This document shows, in pieces, positions 56,300-64,000 of a stretch of 64,000 nt of DNA. Numbering within the stretch: position 1 is the first letter of the stretch; the number at the start of each line of letters is the position of its first letter. This stretch comes from Eledone cirrhosa (taxonomy: Eukaryota): assembly GCA_964016885.1 (NCBI GenBank), contig OZ024740.1:332568001-332632000 (forward strand), read 5' to 3'. Below the pieces are notes generated by a model. The model was not told where the DNA came from. It saw only the letters and a list, made by a program, of their open reading frames with translations, and did not search any database. Position numbers and translations under genes: made by a program.

Positions 56300-56412
56300 T
56301 GTGGCTGAGTGGTTAGAGAATTGGATTCACAATCTTGAGATTGTGAGTTCGATTCCTGGACCAGGCGATGCGTTATGTCCTTGAGCAAGACACTTTATTT
56401 CACGTTGCTCCT
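56300..56412 (+). mobile_element. tRNA-derived SINE family B (CORE-like body)
   Basis: A box TGGCTGAGTGG and B box GTTCGATTCC, followed by tgtccttgagcaagacacttta. Confidence 0.75.
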
Positions 56413-56509
56413 TCTACCTGGAGTTGCGACCGATAGATAGTATTAGCAACTGGAAAGACCAACGAAACATTGTTTCCTCGGTCCGATTTGACGAAAGTCA
56501 ATCGATTAA

Positions 56510-56588
<79 letters not shown>

Positions 56589-57559
56589 AAGAGAAAACGA
56601 AGTAGATTACATATATAAAGTATCTGTTTTTATCGCCATTTAAATGTTAAGAAAGTATGTGTCTAGCATTGCTTTTCTGACAGCATTTTTCCTCGAAATT
56701 ACAAAAATAAATATATAAATACACAAACAAGCTACTTAATTTATTCTTCACTCATCTGTGAAGCCAGAAAATTAATTAACCCTTCCTCTTTCCATACCTA
56801 TTCAATGAAGTAAAATAGGTAAGGAGTTAATTAATCTATGCTTCTACAGCAATATTTCCTCTGGAATTAATCAATCGCCATCTCTTTCCAATATCCTCAA
56901 TAACGTGTTCAGGCAAATAATAAAGTTCCTTCTCTCAGCTAGGCAACCAGACAACTAATCATTTCGCAGTTCACTCACCTGAGCAAAGAAGCAGCTGGTG
57001 CCAATTATTTCCACATTACAGGCTCATAAAACAGTTTAATTGTAAAGAAGAAACACCTAGTATTCATGTTATAATTCGTATTAACATATGGAAAATTTTA
57101 TTGCAAGATAAAGGTAATTCCACAGTAAAATGACTATTAGTGTGATATAAATAAGGAATAATTTTTCGCTGTACATGGTATTAGCTATTCAACAATTCAA
57201 CAAGCACACGTACACACATAAACAGACATAGCTATTGGATAGGCCTGCTTCCTAAAGTCGTTGATAACACTATACATATAAACATACCTACGTAATTTAT
57301 AACATGTTTAGTAAAAACAGTTTGTTCTTATTGACGTTATATAGACGAAAGCTATTCAGGTTTGTATATCTATGAGCCAAGCCATTTCTGAAGAAAATGT
57401 GTGAATTTTACTTTTCTGTGTACAGTACTACTTTGGTCATCTGTGGGTAGACATATTTAGTTTCAAGTTAAGAGAAATTGATGACCTTAGTTACGTATTT
57501 GTATGTCATACCTTGATAACGTGGGGATTGAGTTCCCTGTTGCCGGGCTGCTGATATAA

Positions 57560-58790
57560 AGTACTTCTGTGGGATTGGCTGTTATTCTGTCACGGGATAG
57601 CATTGGATCGCTGAAGAATTTGTTTAAGTTATGGTCGGTTTTTCGTTTGGGTTTTCTACTTGTTTTGATTCCTTTTTACTTCATGTTCCTTTTTGCAGTA
57701 TCTTTGAATTTCAGGCTATGTCGTCCTTGTGTTTTTCCCGTACATTGTTGGGAGAAAGGTGTTGTCTGGGAAGTTTGCAGTTGTCCATCCAGTGAACGTA
57801 TCACAATCATCATAACATTTGTATCAAACAAGATTTACATAACATTAAGAAAAGCAGCATGCTGCAGGCTCTTTTCAATCTTGATCTTTTCAAACAGAGT
57901 AATATTCATGATTAGTCACATCTCACTCATCATGGACTTTGTTCGTTTGAGCTTTATAGACTGACCAGGTTTCAGCTCCATACACTTTAACCTAGTATAA
58001 CTTACATTCTGTCCCGTATAGAGAAAAGAAATCATTGCTGGAGCAACTACAGACACCTGTTTAACGCCATTTGCTACTTCAAACATTTGAGATGTTGCTA
58101 TGTTGTGCTATAAATGCCAGCATTACTTCGTGTAAATTATTTACTAACTTGATGAACCTTCGAGGACATCAAATTTTCTTAAACCCGGGATTCTGTGTCA
58201 AAATCTTTTGAAAGCCTATGATCACTGCATAGATGTTCTGCTGGACGCTTATTTCCCAGGTTGTCAAAGAGAGAAAATCATGATCACAATGCTCCTACAG
58301 CCACGGAAGCCTCACTCAGTTTCAGGTAAGATATTTGGATAACTATTCTCATTCAGTCTGTTTAATATAATAAGAGCCAAGATCCCCCAGCTATAGATAG
58401 AAGTGCTATTCCTCGCTAGTTTCCATAGTCCATTATGCAGCTATTTATAAATATAGGAACAATGCGTGCGTCTTCCCAGATCTAGAGCACAAGACTACAC
58501 AGGCTCACAGTAAGCTTCACACATTCATGCTTCCTCATTTCAGCGGGTTTGTCAAAAATGCCAAGTGTTTACCTTTTTAATTTGTTCGATTGTATCAATG
58601 AATTCCTTGAAAACAAGTTCTCATTCTAAAAATCAGATGGTTGGAAGTTGTGTAACTTTCTCGAGGACTGATAGTCCACGACACATTGGATAATATACAA
58701 GCTGTTGAAATGATTGTCAAATCTATCAAGTTTATCCAATTTTTCCTGGAGTACTGGTGTGATGCCAGGAGGTGTGATATTTTTTGTGTC
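57560..58790 (-). pseudogene. Decayed RTE/BovB-like LINE reverse transcriptase
   Basis: W.DARIVPI..GN*RGIALLSIAG..IILNRL..ILPETE*GFRG.RS..MIF..DFDT and NGVKQ..VVAP: RT motifs in order. Confidence 0.8.
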
Positions 58791-58799
58791 TCTTCTCTG

Positions 58800-58880
58800 G
58801 AGTTAACCGGGGCGGGATTTGATCTTAGACCATAAAGGGCTTTGCTCAAAGCATGGCGTCCGACCCTCTACCGATACTGT
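58800..58880 (-). mobile_element. SINE family A, 5' half
   Basis: gttaacc..ggcgggatttga..aaagcatggcgtccgaccctctaccgatactg. Confidence 0.75.
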
Positions 58881-58979
58881 AATATGTCAAAATTAGTGTT
58901 TATATGATGTAAAATTGTAATTCATTTTGTTTTGTGTTTTTTCCCCCTCTATATATTGTATATATATATATATATATAT

Positions 58980-59171
58980 ATGGTGGCTGCCAACTCGTTT
59001 TCGAGTACGGCCACTACTTTATATCCATGTAGGAGAACCCCTACCGATGCGCTTTAACGAGTGTGACTTTTTAGTCCAGCCAGCGACTTGAAAACTTTGG
59101 TACAAACACTACACTTGTGACAATTATTGACACATAGTGCTGGGCCCATGGTACCATGTGACAAGTGCAGA

Positions 59172-59172
<1 letters not shown>
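58980..59172 (-). mobile_element. 5'-truncated copy of the RTE-like derivative at 24583-25100
   Basis: [19 protein letters not shown] and the same 3' terminus into (TA)n. Confidence 0.8.
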
Positions 59173-59546
<374 letters not shown>

Positions 59547-62500
59547 ACTTTAATTACAACACTCTCTACACTGCATCAATGAGGTTATTTTGTTTGAAAT
59601 GTTCTCCTTATTACCAGCAGTGGCATGTCATATACTTTGCCACACACAAATACCATATCGCAATAACTGATGTACACAGCAACAATTTCTATGATATATT
59701 TGATATATTCTCAGATAAGTCAATAATACAAAGAATCTAAGTAGTACACACTTTGTAGACACACTTTCACATTGCCACTGTTACAAATCCTCATCTGACA
59801 TTGACGCAGAAAGCACATACCAATCCGATTTACGTGTTTGTATATGACAATTGTTTTTATTTTTTTCGATATGTTTGGTTAAGTATTCGCATCTATAGAC
59901 ACAACCGAGCAGTCGTACTTTCGGATATATATTGCAAACAAACTGTGATATATAAATGCTTACATATATGTTGCTATGCTTATCTATACATGCTACATGA
60001 GTATAAAAACAGAAACGAATATAATAATACCTAAATATATGTGATCATTCAAATATAAAATTCCCGAGAAAATCAAGTCATCGCGAATCAATTTTAAATC
60101 AAACACATGAACATAGAGATACATAATAACATCTAACTATCAACTATCAATATTTTATTTCTCATTCTTATTCTACCTCTCTTTCCCACTTTTCCCATTT
60201 CTTTCTCTTAATCTCTCTATACACATATACACACATACACACATACACTCATATACTTATACTATAATATAAATATGCATAACCTATCCACATATCACAC
60301 ATCACACACACACATAATACTCAATGCATGTTTATATACGCACATATGTATATACATACATCTATATCGTACAAATATATATTCATGTTTGTATATCGAT
60401 ATACTTTACTTTGTTTCTAATCTTGTGTACGACTCAGATATTTAATAGTATTTGCAGAACTGTTAATCTTTATCCGCCTTAAGTCAGATAGTATTTTCTG
60501 TGATTTGCCGTCAATTCCGCAAAATGCTATTTCTTATTCCTACAAAAATAAGTCAATGATATATTGTATAAATAATCTTTATCGATGCTCGCAAATTCTA
60601 GCAAAGTTTCTTTCCTTTCACAGACATGTCTATACATTTTACTCATTTCAATTATGGAATGTAAGGGAAATATTTATTTTATTTTCATCTTAGTCCTGAG
60701 ACACAGGTCAGCCATTATTGGAGAAACCTTTGTTCGAAAGCCTGAAGCTGTGACCATACAGTATATTCGGTATGACGGTGACTATTTGCTAGGGATTGCT
60801 TTATTTTTTGTGAGAGAAGAGTTTCATTTAGAGAGGTTTTGCTTCTTAATCCTAGGCCGCCGATTGTGAATGTACAAAATTATTCATTGACTCGGCTTAA
60901 ACAATTATAGATGACATATATATGTGGTAATCTGTTTATTGTAGGTATATACAGGTATATTTATTTATTTAATCACTATTTAAAAAAGAAGTCACTAACA
61001 TTCATCATGCCCTTTACCCAACTCGTTATCACTATTCTACACACTTGTAATATCACTTATTACGTACGAGAATCTGCTAAAAATTCATACAGCTAAAAAC
61101 ATGAATGTTTCAGCCGACCCATGTATATATTCCATTTTAATCAACACATTTCAGAAATATATTTTCCCTGCTACCACAACTTTTCAACAATTTTAACAAT
61201 TTTACTGACATATAAATGCTTTATTTTTCGTACATATTAAACACATTGCGTATTTGGCCCATTTTCACTACACAGATTAAAGACGTGAATATAGATAGAT
61301 TTTGTCACTAAATATCAATTCGATATTCGACTTATTGGCCCGTAACATCAATTCAATGTGATAAATATAAAATAATTTGCAAAATTTGTTAGATGTATAA
61401 TAAGTGGAAGGGTCAATAACCAAATGTTTATAAATAGATGATCGCATCCGAATATTCCAGTAACTTTGTTTTATGGCAATAGACACATTGGAAGATGTTA
61501 ACTTCAACAAACAAATATAGCTGCAGACGTGTGCTTTTTGACGATAGAGAGGAAAACGCGTTCCGGCAATAACCCGAATATATTAAGGGTGAATATTTAG
61601 ATATATTTTATCTGTTAATCTCTGCCAATTGAAACGAAATAACACGCATTGACATCAGACTATTTGTAGAATGTTATGTAATTTATCTTTGATAATTTGA
61701 TTCACCCCATTAGATTTAATATATGATGAGCTGTCTGTAAGTTAACTAAATATTCTTGACGTGAAATTAATGAAGCATTCCGTTTTGTATGGGTGTTCTG
61801 AAACAGAAGTCAGGTGTGCAAATTGGAGTTGAGAAACATACGACCACAAAGTAGAAGATTATAACAATGTTTTCACCCAACTCAACAATAAATATTTTTT
61901 TCAAATGCATTTTCTCTTAACACTATACATTATATAATGATTACGAATTAATTTTAATCATCAAATACATTATACTTAAATGTAATATATTTTTTGCCAT
62001 ATATAAGGTAAAATTCCGGAGACAATAATTAGACATTGTTTGGTAAAAATATAGGCAACGGCCTGAATGAGAGGAATAATCAATGCGGATTCGGAAGTGT
62101 GTCGGGAATCAATTTCCAGAATCTTATATCTGTTTTGTAGTACTCACTGACACTAATTATATTGATAATTGTATACTATCTACAACATGTATGACTTACT
62201 GGAATCATACATTCACATGCTCTACACTATTGGGTTATTTTATCTCATAAGTAATTTAGAATGATATATAATGGAATTTTTACCAATCTACATGGCTAAT
62301 TGAAAATCGATAAATTTTAATATAAGCGCAGAATGGAATTCAGCGGCACTTTACTATCGTGTTAATTCGGATTGAAATGTATTGAATGATGTCAGTAATT
62401 CTCGTTTTAAAGATTCTTAAGAAAACAAACTAAATCTAGGCGATTTTAATGTGATCTAGAGTCCTTTTATTAAGCATGAACTTCAGGTCTCTTAAAATCT

Positions 62501-62847
62501 ATGTAGTGCGCATCTGTTTCAGACATTTTAATTCAATTCTAGATTAGTTGACTGTTTATTATTAACAATTATTAGAATATTGTACTGGCGCAATATCATG
62601 ATTTTGACAACAATAGTGGAGTAAGGAAAAATTGTTTAGCAATGAATGTTATAGGAATGGAAAAATCTGGAACAAATATCAAGCATCATGTAAATTAATA
62701 TTTAAGACACACACATAGATATTAACGTGGTACATATTTTGCAGGCAGATTTAATTCAATGGTTGTCATTTGCAAACAAGGAGTAGTTTATAGTCCAGCA
62801 TTTGAATATATTGAAAGAAAGGGAGATAAGAAGAGAGCGAGAGAGGG

Positions 62848-62932
<85 letters not shown>

Positions 62933-63291
62933 GTGGGGGAGCTCAACGTAGAATCAAGGTCACGGGATATTTTCGCACTGCTAAAAAATACAGAAAACTA
63001 ATATTATTTAGAAGAAAAGACCCCTAGTGTGCAGATAATATAAACATTGTATTGCAATTTACAATGGTTATTCAAGTAATACAACCGTTGCTTCCAGTTA
63101 TATATATTTTCAATATATATTATATTTCGATGTAATGATAATGAATTGGTGACCTATATGAGACTATCAGTTTACATGTTGAGGATTCTTTGAATGCACT
63201 GGCTGATAAACTCAATTCAATGCAGTTACTGAGAAGAACATAATGGATGTAAGCAGAGAAAATTCTTCCGCAACATATTGTGCATAACATA

Positions 63292-63833
63292 TCTATATAT
63301 ACGAAACTGAGGATGTCTGTCTGTGTGTGTGTGAGTTTGTATCCCTAAAACAAGAGAACCACCCAACCAGCTGTTTTCAAACTTTACACATGTAATACTT
63401 ATGTTTCAGGGAGTGTTCTGAGCAAAAGAATTTCAAATTTTCAATGCCCTAGGGACCGCATTAGGCGATTTAGCGATCTCTCTCTATAATTCTTAGTCTT
63501 TCTCTTTTTAGATAGATACATACATATAACGTCGTGCTCTTATAATATCTGTCTATATGTCTGGCTGTCTGCAATACGTCACTTCCTACAATTCTGTCTG
63601 CTGCCTCCGGTTATTCTGCCACCCTTGCTCAAAACAAATCTCACACTCATTCCCCAAACAGTTGGTAAGTGCACAAAACTTCTTCCTCACGTTTTAAGCT
63701 ACAGTGTTGCTTACTTACGTACCACCAGACCCTTACATATTTGCCAGCCGTGGTTGTGGCAATACTAAACTTACTAAGGCGGTTATATATTTCACAATAC
63801 CTTATCCTGTGCATCGCCGGGTACCAGTGCTAG
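63292..63833 (+). mobile_element. Complete non-autonomous Helitron
   Basis: Inserted between A and T; 5'-TC at 63292; subterminal GC-rich imperfect hairpin cctgtgc-atc-gccggg; 3'-CTAG 63830-63833; second copy at 23500-23775. Confidence 0.8.
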
Positions 63834-64000
63834 TTTCTAATAAAAGTAAGCAAAGACAAAAACTATTCGTGACCTTGTGAAGCCATATTTCATATGTTCA
63901 TGTATTCAATAGTGCAAAATTACATGAAATGTCAATGACTCAAAATGACATCTTCATACGTATGTGTGAAATGAGATCTAACAATGATTAAAATGGGGAC

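Noticed and set aside
56300-56375. tRNA gene
   Set aside because: A/B boxes are present but there is no proper acceptor stem, and it runs into a SINE body with a second copy at 41220-41345.

Overview
AT-rich, gene-free animal intergenic or intronic DNA, packed with (TA)n/(CA)n/(GA)n microsatellites and transposon debris. The dispersed tRNA-SINE resembles octopus SINEs, so a coleoid cephalopod is likely (inference). No host protein-coding gene is supportable; most track ORFs are microsatellite artefacts. Penelope-like elements (PLEs) dominate: a near-full-length RT + GIY-YIG element with two frameshifts (17.7-21.7 kb), a 5'-truncated relative (46.0-48.3 kb), two large fold-back palindromes built from PLE 3' ends (10.7-15.8 kb, 16.3-17.6 kb), a ~420-435-bp tandem/inverted ribozyme array (28.9-30.8 kb) and many solo pseudo-LTR (pLTR) fragments. 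Folding these by hand gives about ten distinct hammerhead ribozyme (HHR) families, including non-canonical cores (U3:A8, A4, C4; recurrent U10.1-U11.1). The strongest signal is a candidate non-circularly permuted (pseudoknotted) hammerhead in two different repeat families (27752-27826 and 28314-28388 minus; 39033-39111 plus), with five compensatory base-pair changes and near-identical spacing. Inversion and truncation breakpoints repeatedly fall at predicted ribozyme cores or cleavage sites. Also present: RTE and R4/Dong-like LINE remnants, non-autonomous Helitrons, a hAT MITE and two SINE families. All RNA folds were derived by eye; none is computationally or experimentally validated.
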